Source: an uncultured Pseudomonadota bacterium (lineage in GTDB: Bacteria > Myxococcota_A > Polyangia > Fen-1088). Taken from it: a DNA stretch of 64,000 nt. The notes under the pieces are model-generated. The model saw only the letters and a program-made list of their open reading frames with translations, did not search any database and had not been told where the DNA came from. Positions 28,675 through 38,888 of this stretch are shown one piece after another (position 1 is the first letter of the stretch; every line of letters starts with the position of its first letter). Position numbers and translations under genes: made by a program. The DNA lies in assembly GCA_963847705.1 (NCBI GenBank), contig CAWKBC010000027.1, positions 544,001-608,000 of the forward strand, written 5' to 3'.

Positions 28675-28754
28675 CTCGGCCGCGCCGACTCTATCCGAAT
28701 CCTGCCCAGCGATGACCAGGCTGGATTTGGGTGTATGCTGGTGCAGGTTTCGGG

Positions 28755-29417
28755 ATGCGGGTGCTGCTGGCGGACGATCACGCGTTGGTGCGGGCTGGGA
28801 TTCGTGCGCTCCTGGTGGCGCTCCCCGAGGTCGAGAGCGTGACCGAGGCCGGCGACGGCCAGCAGGCGCTGGCGCTGCTGCTGGAGACGCGGCCCGACGT
28901 GGCGCTGATCGACATCGGGATGCCCGGGCTCAACGGCCTGGAGCTGGCGACGCGTGTCCAGCGCGAGGCGCCGGGGACGCGGCTGGTGATTGTCTCCATG
29001 CACGGCACGCCGGGGCACGTCGCCCAGGCCTTGCGCGCAGGCGTCAGCGGCTACGTGCTCAAGGACGCGGCGGCGGACGAGCTGCCCGTGCTGCTGCGCG
29101 CGGTGATGCGCGGCGAGACCTACCTTTCGCCGGCCATCTCCAAGCAGGTGGTCGAGGGGTATCTCGGCCGGGCGCCTTCTGGCGGGACCGGAACGGGGGA
29201 GGGCGAGACCCCCGAGGTCTTGACCTCGCGCCAGCGCGAGATCCTGCAGCTGGTGGCGGAGGGGAAATCGACCAAGGAGATCGCCCAGCTGCTCGACCTC
29301 AGCGTGAAGACGGTCGAGACGCACCGGGCGCAAATCATGGATCGACTGGGAATCCGCGAGCTTGCGGGGTTGGTTCGCTATGCGATCCGGACCGGGCTCG
29401 TCTCCTCGGAGAGGTAG
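28755..29417 (+). CDS. NarL/LuxR-family response regulator
   Basis: VLLADDH.LVR, DIGMP, SMH, GYVLK, and HTH LTSRQREIL...GKSTKEIA..L.LSVKTVETHR. Confidence 0.93.
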   Translation: MRVLLADDHALVRAGIRALLVALPEVESVTEAGDGQQALALLLETRPDVALIDIGMPGLNGLELATRVQREAPGTRLVIVSMHGTPGHVAQALRAGVSGYVLKDAAADELPVLLRAVMRGETYLSPAISKQVVEGYLGRAPSGGTGTGEGETPEVLTSRQREILQLVAEGKSTKEIAQLLDLSVKTVETHRAQIMDRLGIRELAGLVRYAIRTGLVSSER

Positions 29418-29501
29418 ATCGACCCGGCAGATCGACAGCGCGACGGGAGCGCGTCGACCGCGTCTCGGGGTTCATACCCCCGGTTCTAGGGGAGGTCACC
29501 G

Positions 29502-30008
29502 ATGGCCCCCCCTGGCCGACTGGAGGACCCTCAGGGTGTGAAGAGCGAAAGACCGGACCCGCAGCGCATCGTGGTCGTCGACGACTCGGACGGGTTTCGC
29601 TCGCTCTTGCAGTGGTTCCTGGGCTCGCTGCCCGAGGTCCAGATCGTCGCCGAAGCGCGTGACGGCGTCGACGCGATCGCGCAGGTGGAGCGGACCAAGC
29701 CTGACCTCGTGTTGATGGACGTCTGCATGCCGAAGCTCGACGGCCTGCAGACCACCCGCAAGCTCCGGACTGGCGGAGAGTCGGCGCGCATCGTCCTCCT
29801 CACCGCCTACGGCGACACCATCCCGCGCTGGCTGGCCGAGGAGGTCGGGGCCGACGACGTGCTCGACAAGTCGAACCTCGGAGAGCGGCTGCGCGAGGCG
29901 GTCGTGAGCGGCGCCCGCCGGCCCCCCAGAGCCCAGGAAAAGGCCGCTCGACCGAACGAAGACAGCCAGGAGAGCAAAAGAGTGGGCAAGAGGACGGGAG
30001 AGAAATGA
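29502..30008 (+). CDS. Stand-alone receiver-domain response regulator
   Basis: SD GGAGG; VVDD, LMDVCMP.LDG, LLT, LDK; no output domain. Confidence 0.85.
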   Translation: MAPPGRLEDPQGVKSERPDPQRIVVVDDSDGFRSLLQWFLGSLPEVQIVAEARDGVDAIAQVERTKPDLVLMDVCMPKLDGLQTTRKLRTGGESARIVLLTAYGDTIPRWLAEEVGADDVLDKSNLGERLREAVVSGARRPPRAQEKAARPNEDSQESKRVGKRTGEK

Positions 30009-32449
30009 AGCAGGGGGAACGACACGAGGCGCTGTCGCGCGTGCTCACCAGCCTGGCGGGTGTTCCCCCGTCGGCCGATGACATCAGCGACGATCGGGTG
30101 GCGGCCATCGTCGCCACGGGGCTCTTGACCCTGCCCACGACCGCCATCGACGAGGTGATCCGTCAATCGCTGGCGGCGGTGGGTCTTCAGCGCGGCGTCG
30201 ACCGCGCCTACTACTACCGTCTGGACGAGGCCGCAGGAACGATCGAGCTGACCCACGAGTGGCACGCGCCCGAGGTGGGATCGCTCGGCAGCGTCCCGAA
30301 GTACGCCCGGATGACGCTCGATCTCCTCCCGCCCGCCTTCCTGGCCAATCTGAAGCGGGGGGGGATGTTGCGGCTGCCGAGCACGCGCCAATTTTTGGGC
30401 GGGCCGGTCGAGCAGCTGGTCGCGCCCGACGGAGATCGTGCGCTGGCCCTGGTCCCCGTCCTGGTCGAAGGACTGCTGGTGGGCGTCGCCGGATTCGCCG
30501 CCGCCCCCGGCACCCTCTGCGAGCCAAAGGATCTGGTGCTGTTGCAGGTGGTCGCGCAGGGGGTGGCCCGCGCGGTCGAACGCGGTCGGATCGATCAGGC
30601 GCTGGCGGCCAGCGAGGGGCGCTTCCGCGCCACCTGCGAGGCGTCGCCGTTCGGCATCTTCCTGTCGGGGCCGCGCGGCGAGTGCCTGTACGTCAACGCC
30701 GCGGGACAGCGAATCCTCGGGCTCTCCGCGGACGACGCGCAGGGGCGGGGATGGATGAGCGCGCTGCACCCCGAGGATCGCGACCGGATCATTTCTTATT
30801 GGGGGTCGGCGGTCGAGACCGGCGCGGGTTACACCACGCCGATCCACCGGTTCGTCCACCCGAACGGCGCGGTCGCGTTCGTCGAGGTGCGGGCGGTGCC
30901 GGTGACCGGCACGCTCGGCGACCGGAACTTCCTGGGGATCCTCGAGGACGTCACCGGGCGAATCGCCGCCGAGCGGGAACGACAGGAGCTCCTGGCCAGC
31001 GCCGAGGCGGCCCGCATCGAGGCCGAGACCGCGCGCAAGGAGGCGGAGAACGCCCGCTCCGAGGTCGCCAGCATCCTCTCGCGCATCTCGGATGCCTTCA
31101 TCGCGCTCGATCTGGAGGGGCGGTACACCTACGCCAACGATCGCGCCATCGCGATGATGGGGCTGACGCGCGAAAATCTCCTGGGCCAGGCCGCCTGGTC
31201 GCTCTTCCCGCACATCCAGGGGAGCGCCTTTCAGCAGGCGTTCGAACAAGCGGTGCGGGAGCAGCGTCCGGTCGCCGTCGAGGGGCGCGCCACCAACGAC
31301 AACCGCTGGTTCGACGTGCGCGTCTATCCTTCCGCCACCGGCGTGTCGATCTTTTTCGAGGACGTCTCCGATCGCAAGCGCCACGAGGAGGAGCTGACCG
31401 CCGATCGCGACTACCTGCGCCAGGAGCTGGGCGGGCGCGACGCGGAGTCCGAGGTGGTCGGGCTCGATCCGGGCCTGCGGCGGGTGATGGAGACGGTCGC
31501 GCGCGTGGCCGGCACCAACACCAACGTCCTCATCACCGGCGAGACGGGGACCGGCAAGGAGCTGGTGGCGCGGGCGATTCACGACGCCAGCCCGCGGCGC
31601 GAGCGGCTCCTGGTGAAGGTGAACTGCGCGGCGATCTCGGCGGGGCTCGTGGAGAGCGAGCTGTTCGGTCATGAAAAAGGGGCCTTCACCGGCGCCGTGC
31701 AGCGGCGCAAGGGGCGGTTCGAGCTGGCCCACGGCGGCACCCTGTTCCTCGACGAGGTGGGCGAGCTCCCTCCGGAGACACAGGTCAAGCTGCTGCGGGT
31801 CCTGCAGGAGCGCGAGTTCGAACGGGTCGGCGGCAGCGAGACCGTGCGCATCGACGTGCGCCTCATCGCCGCGACCAACCGCAACCTGCGCGAGATGGTG
31901 GCGCGCGGGCGCTTCCGCGAAGATCTCTATTACCGGCTGGCGGTCTTCCCGGTCGCGCTCCCTCCGCTGCGCGAACGGGTGGCCGACATCCCGCTCCTGG
32001 TGCGCTCGTTCCTGCTGCGCTTCGCGCGCCAGGCCGGGCGGCCGATCCAGGACGTCACCTCCGAAGCGATGGACGAGCTCGTGAGCTACCGGTGGCCAGG
32101 GAACGTCCGCGAGCTGCAGAACGTGATCGAGCGAGCGGTGATCTTGGCGCGTGGCCCGCTGGTGGATCTCGACGCGCTCCCCGATCTCTCGGAGGGCGGC
32201 ATGCACGCGTTCTCCGACGAGATCTCGAACGCCCACACGCCGCCGGTGCTCTCCCTCCGCCCGCCGGCCCCCACCATCGACGAGCTGGAGCGCGGTTACG
32301 TGGCGGAGGTGCTGGCGGAGACGAGCTGGGTCATCGAAGGAGAGCGGGGCGCCGCGCGGCGCCTCGGGCTCCACCCGAACACGCTGCGCTCGCGCCTCAA
32401 ACGCTGGGGTTTGACCCGTCCGGTCGATCAACTCGGCCGCTCGGCCTAG
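30005..32449 (+). CDS. Sigma54-dependent activator (GAF-PAS-PAS-AAA+-HTH, FhlA/HyfR-like)
   Basis: [49 protein letters not shown]; [26 protein letters not shown]; PAS motifs such as LHPEDR. Confidence 0.93.
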   Translation: MKQGERHEALSRVLTSLAGVPPSADDISDDRVAAIVATGLLTLPTTAIDEVIRQSLAAVGLQRGVDRAYYYRLDEAAGTIELTHEWHAPEVGSLGSVPKYARMTLDLLPPAFLANLKRGGMLRLPSTRQFLGGPVEQLVAPDGDRALALVPVLVEGLLVGVAGFAAAPGTLCEPKDLVLLQVVAQGVARAVERGRIDQALAASEGRFRATCEASPFGIFLSGPRGECLYVNAAGQRILGLSADDAQGRGWMSALHPEDRDRIISYWGSAVETGAGYTTPIHRFVHPNGAVAFVEVRAVPVTGTLGDRNFLGILEDVTGRIAAERERQELLASAEAARIEAETARKEAENARSEVASILSRISDAFIALDLEGRYTYANDRAIAMMGLTRENLLGQAAWSLFPHIQGSAFQQAFEQAVREQRPVAVEGRATNDNRWFDVRVYPSATGVSIFFEDVSDRKRHEEELTADRDYLRQELGGRDAESEVVGLDPGLRRVMETVARVAGTNTNVLITGETGTGKELVARAIHDASPRRERLLVKVNCAAISAGLVESELFGHEKGAFTGAVQRRKGRFELAHGGTLFLDEVGELPPETQVKLLRVLQEREFERVGGSETVRIDVRLIAATNRNLREMVARGRFREDLYYRLAVFPVALPPLRERVADIPLLVRSFLLRFARQAGRPIQDVTSEAMDELVSYRWPGNVRELQNVIERAVILARGPLVDLDALPDLSEGGMHAFSDEISNAHTPPVLSLRPPAPTIDELERGYVAEVLAETSWVIEGERGAARRLGLHPNTLRSRLKRWGLTRPVDQLGRSA

Positions 32450-32601
32450 GCCAACTGGGCCGCTCGGCCGAGGGCCTCGACTCGTGGTTTCGCCCACGAT
32501 CGCTCGTGGTGGGTTCGTGGCCACTACGGCGGCTCGTGGCCCCCGACGCGCGCGGGCCGCGGTTTCGGGCAGGTTTCCGCGGCATTTGGCGATGCGGCGA
32601 T

Positions 32602-32617
32602 TGGTATGCCGGTTGCT
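32602..32617 (+). promoter_or_regulatory. Sigma54 (-24/-12) promoter upstream of the sensorless histidine kinase
   Basis: TGGTATGCCGGTTGCT fits TGGCAC-N5-TTGCW with exact GG-N10-GC spacing; ends 56 nt before ATG 32674. Confidence 0.7.
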
Positions 32618-32673
32618 CCTGCGGTTCAGCTCAATCAGTCGGTTGGGGACGGAAAATGACGAAGGAGGACGAG

Positions 32674-33486
32674 ATGCCGCTAGCTCACTCTGCCGCGAAG
32701 CAGGATCTGGAGAAGACCACGGTGGTCGCCCACGAAGCTCTGGTGACCCTCCCGATCGAAGCGGTCGCCCGCCTCGATCGGATGGCCACCGCCAGCCTGC
32801 TCGCCACCGGGCTCGCTCATGAGATCGCCAACCCCCTCAGCTGCTTGATCGCGGCGCTCGACGCGATCGAGGTCCGGGTCGGCTGGTTCCGGGAGCGGGA
32901 AGAGTCGTCCCAGAAGGAGCTGGAAGAGCTGGCGGCCGACGTCGAGCTCGCCTCGGTGAGCGGCAACGAGATCTTCGCGCAGGTGCGCGACTTCCAGCAG
33001 TTCCTGCGACCACGCGAGCTGGAGACGGCGCCCCCCATCGATCTCAAGCCGCCGATCCTGCGGGCGCTCCGGATGGCCCGGGCGCGCCTCGGCGCCAGGA
33101 GCCCGGTCTCGGTCGTGCTCGGGGAGGCGCCGCCGGTGCGCGTGCCCGGGAACCGCATCACCCAGATCGTCCTCAACCTGCTCCTCAACGCGGCGGAGGC
33201 GCTGGCCGATCGCCCCTGGAACGCCAACCAGGTCGAGGTTCGGCTGTCGACCGTCGAGCACTGGGCGGTGATCGAGGTGAAGGACAACGGTCCCGGCATC
33301 GACGCCGCGACCCGGCAGCGTCTGTTCGAGCCAGGCGTCAGCGGCAAGCCGGGCGGGCACTCGCTGGGCCTCGGGCTGGCGATCTGCCGCGAGCTGGCCC
33401 GCGCCGCCGGGGGCGAGATCTCGGTGTCGTCGCCGCTCACCGGTTCGACGCTCTTCCGCGTCGCCCTGCCGCCGGCCGGGGCGTAG
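32674..33486 (+). CDS. Cytoplasmic histidine kinase (HisKA + HATPase) without a sensor domain
   Basis: SD GAAGGAGG; LAHEIANPL, QIVLNLLLNA, DNGPGI, FEP, GLGLAIC. Alternative start 32656. Confidence 0.85.
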   Translation: MPLAHSAAKQDLEKTTVVAHEALVTLPIEAVARLDRMATASLLATGLAHEIANPLSCLIAALDAIEVRVGWFREREESSQKELEELAADVELASVSGNEIFAQVRDFQQFLRPRELETAPPIDLKPPILRALRMARARLGARSPVSVVLGEAPPVRVPGNRITQIVLNLLLNAAEALADRPWNANQVEVRLSTVEHWAVIEVKDNGPGIDAATRQRLFEPGVSGKPGGHSLGLGLAICRELARAAGGEISVSSPLTGSTLFRVALPPAGA

Positions 33487-33499
33487 GCCGGCGCGCGGC

Positions 33500-35671
33500 C
33501 TATCGCCCGGGGAAGATCGTCGTCGAGCGCGCAGGGCGCGGCAGCACGCGATCGAGCTTCCCCTGCCACCAGGCGTAGGCGCCGTAGAGCAACAGGGCCA
33601 GGAAGAGCACCGACTTCCAGGGGGGGGCCTTCTCCGCATAGCGATCGCCGGTGTCGCGGCGCGAGCCACGCGGCAGCTTCGCGACGCTGCTCAGCGTCGC
33701 ACCGAACGGGACGTTGATCTTCGCGCGCGCGTTCACCGCCCAGCCGTTGGCGTCGAGGATCGGCCCCAGGTTCCGCTTGCGCAGCTTGATGTAGGCCAGC
33801 ACCACCGAGGGCATCGAGATGAGCAGCATGATCCCCACAAAGGCGCCGATCGTGGCCAGCGGTCCCATCTGGAAGAGTCCCGTCGCGTAGCCGATGAGAG
33901 CGGTGGCGAAGGCGCCGATGGCGCCGACGGCGACGCCCAGAGCGGCGACCGTTCCGACGTCGATCTTCTTGGTCTCGGGCGGCTTGACGTTGCCGATGTT
34001 GGCGGTCCCCGTGGCCGCCGTGTTGAGCACGGCGTGCGACTCGGCGTCGGCGACGGCCGCCCGCTTGGCCACCTGTTCCTCCAGCAGCCGGACGAACTTC
34101 TTGTAGGGGGCCCAGAAGGCCTGGCGAAGGCTGATCGGGTTGTCGACGATCTTGGTGATGGTGGCGTCCCAGTCGCGCCCCTGCCGGTCGTAGAAGACGC
34201 CGTTGCGTCCGACCATCAGGTTGTCGCTCTCGCCGGCGGTGAAGGCGGCGACAATCTGCACCTTCTCGGCGGTGGCCGGGCGGGTGCAGTCGAGGTAGGC
34301 GAGAAACGCGCCGGCCAGGCCGGCCATCGTCGAATGCTTGGCGGCGTCGGTCACCGGCAGGCAGAGGTGGCAGGCGCGCTGATCGAGGTAGAGGGTGCCG
34401 TACTGAAAGATGGCCGGGCGGCCGTCGTAGAAATCCTCGAAGCTGACGAAGTTGGTGCAGAGGCGGGCCAGATCGCGGTGGTAGCGAACCAGCCGCTCGA
34501 CCTGGTCGATGCTGGTCGCCTCCGCCTCCAGCGCCTTGTCGCGCGCGATGAGTCCGGCCAGCGCATCCGCCCCGCCGGAGGCGAGAATCTCGCGGACACG
34601 GGCGAGACCGAGCTTCTCGACCCGCTGCCCCTCCTTCACGGCGAGCCAGGCGTCGTACGGGGCGAGCTTGTCGCCGATGGCGAGCCAGTCGCTCTCGGCG
34701 AGCTCGGCGCGCGGGCCGAGGAGCGCCGCCACCGCGTCGTCTCGGAGCGTTCGCAGGGCGGCCGCGTGGGCCGGGTTGATCGCGCCGGCCAGCGGCAAGG
34801 GCCGCCCGGCCGCCGCCACGGCCAGGGGGAACCCGGCGACCTCTCCGACGGAGATCGAGAGGTCGGCGGCGGCGATGGGGAGGTATTCCTCCGGGGTGCG
34901 GTTCAAGGCCGGCAGCGCGCGCGGGTCGAACGCCGCCAGACGGCAGCGGCCAAAATAGTCGTCGACCTTGGTCTTGATGGCCGCCACGGCCGCCGCGGCC
35001 GAAGCCGTTCGTTCGGGGCTCAGCGGAAAAACGTGGGCCGGACTCTCTTCGCCCCGGGCGTACCAGGCGCTGTAGGCGCGCGCCTCGGCGAAGAACGCTT
35101 CGGTGATCGCGCCATCGATGCCGGGCTTGCCCGAGCGATCCGGCACCGTGCCGATCGTGTCCGCGATCTCGCCGATCAGCGCCCGGGTGGCGTCGTCCTC
35201 GGCGGCCGTCTCGGTGATGACCCCGTCGCCGTTGAAGACGGTGTCGGCGAAGATGCGGGCCGGATCGCCGACGTCCTCGAGGCTGATCGAGGTGACGTCG
35301 GCCTTGCCGATGTCGGCCAGGATGCGCCGGGCGGAGGCCAGCAGCGTCTTGCCCTCGGGGAGCGCTTCGTTGATCGCGGCCAGCGGCAAGGCGGCTTCGC
35401 CCTTGAACAGATCGTCCGGGTTCCTGAGGTTGTTGCAGGCGAAGGTGGCCGCGGCGATGAGCTCGGGGGCTCGAATCCGGCCGTCCTTGTCGGTGTCGAT
35501 GAGCGCCAGCGTTCGCGCATCGATCTCGAGGCCGTTGGTCGGGCAGGCGAGGGCGACCCAGAGCTTCTGGTCGAGCGCGCCGAGATTCGCCAGATCGGCG
35601 CCTGAGGTCAGCTTGACCTGGTCGAAATCTCCGGCGCGAAAAAATGTCCAGCGGTGCGCGTCGCTGCTCAT
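33500..35671 (-). CDS. Large hypothetical protein with EF-hand-like loops and C-terminal TM helices
   Basis: DTDKDGRIRAPE is an EF-hand-like loop and FNGDGVIT may be a second; hydrophobic helices lie near the C-terminus; strong coding-type codon usage. Confidence 0.8.
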   Translation of the reverse strand: MSSDAHRWTFFRAGDFDQVKLTSGADLANLGALDQKLWVALACPTNGLEIDARTLALIDTDKDGRIRAPELIAAATFACNNLRNPDDLFKGEAALPLAAINEALPEGKTLLASARRILADIGKADVTSISLEDVGDPARIFADTVFNGDGVITETAAEDDATRALIGEIADTIGTVPDRSGKPGIDGAITEAFFAEARAYSAWYARGEESPAHVFPLSPERTASAAAAVAAIKTKVDDYFGRCRLAAFDPRALPALNRTPEEYLPIAAADLSISVGEVAGFPLAVAAAGRPLPLAGAINPAHAAALRTLRDDAVAALLGPRAELAESDWLAIGDKLAPYDAWLAVKEGQRVEKLGLARVREILASGGADALAGLIARDKALEAEATSIDQVERLVRYHRDLARLCTNFVSFEDFYDGRPAIFQYGTLYLDQRACHLCLPVTDAAKHSTMAGLAGAFLAYLDCTRPATAEKVQIVAAFTAGESDNLMVGRNGVFYDRQGRDWDATITKIVDNPISLRQAFWAPYKKFVRLLEEQVAKRAAVADAESHAVLNTAATGTANIGNVKPPETKKIDVGTVAALGVAVGAIGAFATALIGYATGLFQMGPLATIGAFVGIMLLISMPSVVLAYIKLRKRNLGPILDANGWAVNARAKINVPFGATLSSVAKLPRGSRRDTGDRYAEKAPPWKSVLFLALLLYGAYAWWQGKLDRVLPRPARSTTIFPGR

Positions 35672-35712
35672 CGCGCGTTTGTAACACGCCGTGAGCCGGC
35701 GTTCCTGGATCG

Positions 35713-35741
35713 TTGACCGGGCAGCGACTGCTGACTAGATT
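35713..35741 (+). promoter_or_regulatory. Sigma70-type promoter of the DUF481 gene (probably leaderless)
   Basis: TTGACC-N17-TAGATT ending 9 nt before ATG 35751; no SD. Confidence 0.6.
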
Positions 35742-35750
35742 CGCGCCGCC

Positions 35751-36755
35751 ATGAACCTACGCCCCCTCTGGTTTTGCACCGCCTCCCTGCTCTTCGCGGC
35801 GACAGCCGTCGCGCAGACCACCCCGACGTTCACCTACGTCAAGCCCGATGAGGTGAAGGCGGCCGCCCCAGCGCCAACACCGGCCCCGCCGCCGCCACCG
35901 CCGCCCGCCGTGGAGTGGAAGGCGCAGCTCAAAGGGGGCTTCCTCATGACCTCCGGGAACGCCCAGACGACAGGCACCTCCGTGGCCGGGAACGTTTCGC
36001 GCAAGGAAGGAAACAACAGGCTGGCCATCGACGCCGGCGCGGCCTACGGACATGCGAACGTGGTCACCCCCGTCATCGTCACGGACACGACGGTCACGCC
36101 GCCCACCAACACGATCACCAGCATCGGGCGCACGAACATCGAGACCAACAACAACTGGTTCACCAAGGGGCGCTACGATCGGTTCTTCACCGCCAACAAC
36201 TCCGGCTATGTCAGCGCGCAGGCGGCGGGCGATGAGGTCGCTGGCAAGACCTTCTACGGCGGTGGCCAGATCGGTTACAGCCGCCAGGTCTACAAGAGCG
36301 AGATGCACCTGCTCGTCGCCGAGCTTGGCTACGACCTTTCGTATGAGCGGTACACCCAAAGCCCGGGGACGACGCACGATCCAGTGACCGTTCACTCGGC
36401 GCGGATCTTCGCCGGCGAAACCTTGACGTTGACCAAGGCCACCGGAATCACGGCCAGCGTGGAGGCGCTCTTCAACCTGAACAAGGAGGGCTCCGCGCTC
36501 CAGTATCCGAGCGGCAACCTCGGCGTCGACGCCTTCGAGGACACCCGCGTGAACGGGAAGCTCGGCCTCACCACCACGCTCTACAAACGGATGAGCATCA
36601 GCTTTGGCTTTCTGCTCCGCTACGATCAGAACCCGGCGCCGCTTCCCATCCCGTCGGGCTCCCCTGCGAACGCTGCCTTCGCGACCGGATTCGTCCCCTT
36701 CGCCGACCGCGTCGACACGCAGACCACGGCGACCCTGGTCTACACGTTCCTTTAG
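35751..36755 (+). CDS. DUF481/YdiY-like outer-membrane beta-barrel protein
   Basis: Signal peptide; Pro linker; WK.Q...G...TSGN.Q, RYDRFFT, alternating beta-strands, aromatic C-terminus LVYTFL. Confidence 0.8.
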   Translation: MNLRPLWFCTASLLFAATAVAQTTPTFTYVKPDEVKAAAPAPTPAPPPPPPPAVEWKAQLKGGFLMTSGNAQTTGTSVAGNVSRKEGNNRLAIDAGAAYGHANVVTPVIVTDTTVTPPTNTITSIGRTNIETNNNWFTKGRYDRFFTANNSGYVSAQAAGDEVAGKTFYGGGQIGYSRQVYKSEMHLLVAELGYDLSYERYTQSPGTTHDPVTVHSARIFAGETLTLTKATGITASVEALFNLNKEGSALQYPSGNLGVDAFEDTRVNGKLGLTTTLYKRMSISFGFLLRYDQNPAPLPIPSGSPANAAFATGFVPFADRVDTQTTATLVYTFL

Positions 36756-36824
36756 GCCGGCCTGGCGCAAGGTTCCAAAGTGGACCGGTGACGTGACGCC
36801 GGTCCGCCGGCAGCGGATCGAGAT

Positions 36825-36854
36825 TTGACGCGAGTGCGACGGCGCGCCTAACAT
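36825..36854 (+). promoter_or_regulatory. Candidate sigma70 promoter of the PAS kinase operon
   Basis: TTGACG-N18-TAACAT, followed by SD GGGAGG before GTG 36890. Confidence 0.45.
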
Positions 36855-36889
36855 CTGACCCGATTTTCCTTGGGCGGGAGGGCGCAGCA

Positions 36890-38884
36890 GTGACAATCAA
36901 ACCGAACGAGCCGTCCGTCCGGGTGCTGGTCGTCGAGGGAGACGGTCTCGGGCAGGGAACGGTCGAAGGGATCCTGGGCACGACCGCCCCCGGCAAGGTC
37001 GTGCGGGCGGCCTCGGTGACGCAGGCGCGCGAGCTCTGGCGCGGGGGCGGATTCGATCTGGTGGTCGCGGCGGAGACGCGGTTTCGCGACGTGCTCGACG
37101 GGATCTTCGCCTTCGTGGGGCTGTTCTCGACCGACGGGATCGTCCTCGACACCAATCAGGCCCCGCTGACGGCGGGCGGCCTCCTGCGGGGGGAGGTCGT
37201 GGGCCAGCGCTTTGTCGAGCTGCCGTGGTTCAGCCACTCGGAGATCGAGCGGGCGCGGGTCAGCGACGCCATCGCCCGGGCCGCGCGCGGCGAGACCTCC
37301 CGCTTCGAGACGACCGTCCTGTCGGCCAAGAACGGGATCGTCTACATCGACGCCGCCTTCGCCCCGCTGCCGGGGCCTGATGGCGCCATCACCCGGGTGG
37401 TGGGGACCGGCGTCGACGTCACCGTTCGCCGCAAGGCGGAGCACGATCTGAGACGCAGCCAGGAGATGATCGCGGAGGCCCAGCGCCTGGCGCGCCTCGG
37501 GAGCTGGGAGTGGAACGTCGGAAAGGACCAGGTCACCTGGTCGGACGAGCTGTTCCGGATCTACGCCCTCGATCCGACCCGGCACGTCCCGAGCTACGAA
37601 TCGTTCCTCGCCACGGTGCACCCCGAGGACCGCGAGCACACCACGTCCGTCCTGCGGCTGGCGATGGAGAACGTCTCGGCGTTCGTCTACGACCATCGGA
37701 TCGTCCGTCCCGACGGCAGCGTGCGGATGCTGCACACGCGCGGCGAGGTGGTCCCCGGCCGCGACGGCCGCGTCTCCCGCCTGGTGGGAAGCTGCTGGGA
37801 CATCACCGATCGCTGGGAGGCGCTCCGTCGCGCGGAGAAGGCCCGGGCCGAGGCCGAAGCGGCCCGCCACGAGATGGAGAACATTCTCGAGCGCGTCGCT
37901 GACGGCTTCGTGGCGGTCGATCGAGACTGCCGATACCGTTACGTCAACGAAAGCGCGCGCCGGGTCATGGGGCGGGAGCCGCATTCGTTGATCGGGAAGC
38001 GGATGTGGGACGAGTTCCCCGAGGTGCGGGAGCACGAATTCCAGCGCGCTTGCGAGCAGGCCCTGGCGGAGCAGCGACCGGTCCACGTCTGGAACTACTT
38101 TCAGCCCTGGGATCGCTGGTTCGAGGGTCGAATTCATCCCTCGCCGGAAGGCCTCTCGATCTTCTTCACCGACGTGACCGAACAGCAGAAAGCGCAAGAG
38201 AGCCTGCGCGCCTCGGCGGAGCAGCTGAGGGCGCTGGCGACACGCCTGTCCGAAATCCGCGAGGAAGAACGCAAGTCGATCGCCCGCGAGCTGCACGATC
38301 AGGTCGGCCAGGCGCTGACCGCGCTGAAGCTGGATCTCGAATGGACCCGCGGGCAGATCGACGGCGGTGCGCCGGCCGAGACCCGGACGCGCCTGGCCAC
38401 GATGGACGCGTTGCTCGATCAGACGCTCGATACGACGCGGCGGATCTCGGCCACGCTCCGCCCGGCGATCCTGGACGATCTGGGTCTGCCGGCGGCGCTC
38501 CGCTGGCAGGCGGCCGAGTTCACGCAGCGAACGGGCGTGGCCTGCGAGACGCGGCTGCCCGACGCTGACCCGCCGCTCGCGCCCGCGACGGCCCTGGCGC
38601 TGTTCCGGATCTTGCAAGAGGCGCTCACCAACGTGGCGCGCCACGCCGGCGCCAAGAACGTCCGCATCGGGCTCACGCTGGAGGGCGCGTCAGCGATTCT
38701 CACCGTCGCCGACGACGGGCGCGGGATCGCGCCGGAGCTGCTGGCGCGGCAGACCTCGCTGGGGCTGATGGGGATGCGGGAGCGCGCGCTGGCCTTCGGC
38801 GGGACGCTGGAGCTCTCGGCGGAGGTGGGACGGGGGACGACGGTGGTGGTGCGCGTGCCGGTCGGATCCCCCGAGGCGGCATGA
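36890..38884 (+). CDS. Triple-PAS histidine kinase (HisKA_3) with a degenerate N-terminal half-receiver
   Basis: Three PAS-like domains (including GSWEWN...WSDELFRI...VHPEDR); EERKSIARELHDQVGQ, LRPAILDDLGL, QEALTNVARH, DDGRG, LGLMGMRER. Confidence 0.9.
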   Translation: MTIKPNEPSVRVLVVEGDGLGQGTVEGILGTTAPGKVVRAASVTQARELWRGGGFDLVVAAETRFRDVLDGIFAFVGLFSTDGIVLDTNQAPLTAGGLLRGEVVGQRFVELPWFSHSEIERARVSDAIARAARGETSRFETTVLSAKNGIVYIDAAFAPLPGPDGAITRVVGTGVDVTVRRKAEHDLRRSQEMIAEAQRLARLGSWEWNVGKDQVTWSDELFRIYALDPTRHVPSYESFLATVHPEDREHTTSVLRLAMENVSAFVYDHRIVRPDGSVRMLHTRGEVVPGRDGRVSRLVGSCWDITDRWEALRRAEKARAEAEAARHEMENILERVADGFVAVDRDCRYRYVNESARRVMGREPHSLIGKRMWDEFPEVREHEFQRACEQALAEQRPVHVWNYFQPWDRWFEGRIHPSPEGLSIFFTDVTEQQKAQESLRASAEQLRALATRLSEIREEERKSIARELHDQVGQALTALKLDLEWTRGQIDGGAPAETRTRLATMDALLDQTLDTTRRISATLRPAILDDLGLPAALRWQAAEFTQRTGVACETRLPDADPPLAPATALALFRILQEALTNVARHAGAKNVRIGLTLEGASAILTVADDGRGIAPELLARQTSLGLMGMRERALAFGGTLELSAEVGRGTTVVVRVPVGSPEAA

Positions 38885-38888
38885 CGGG

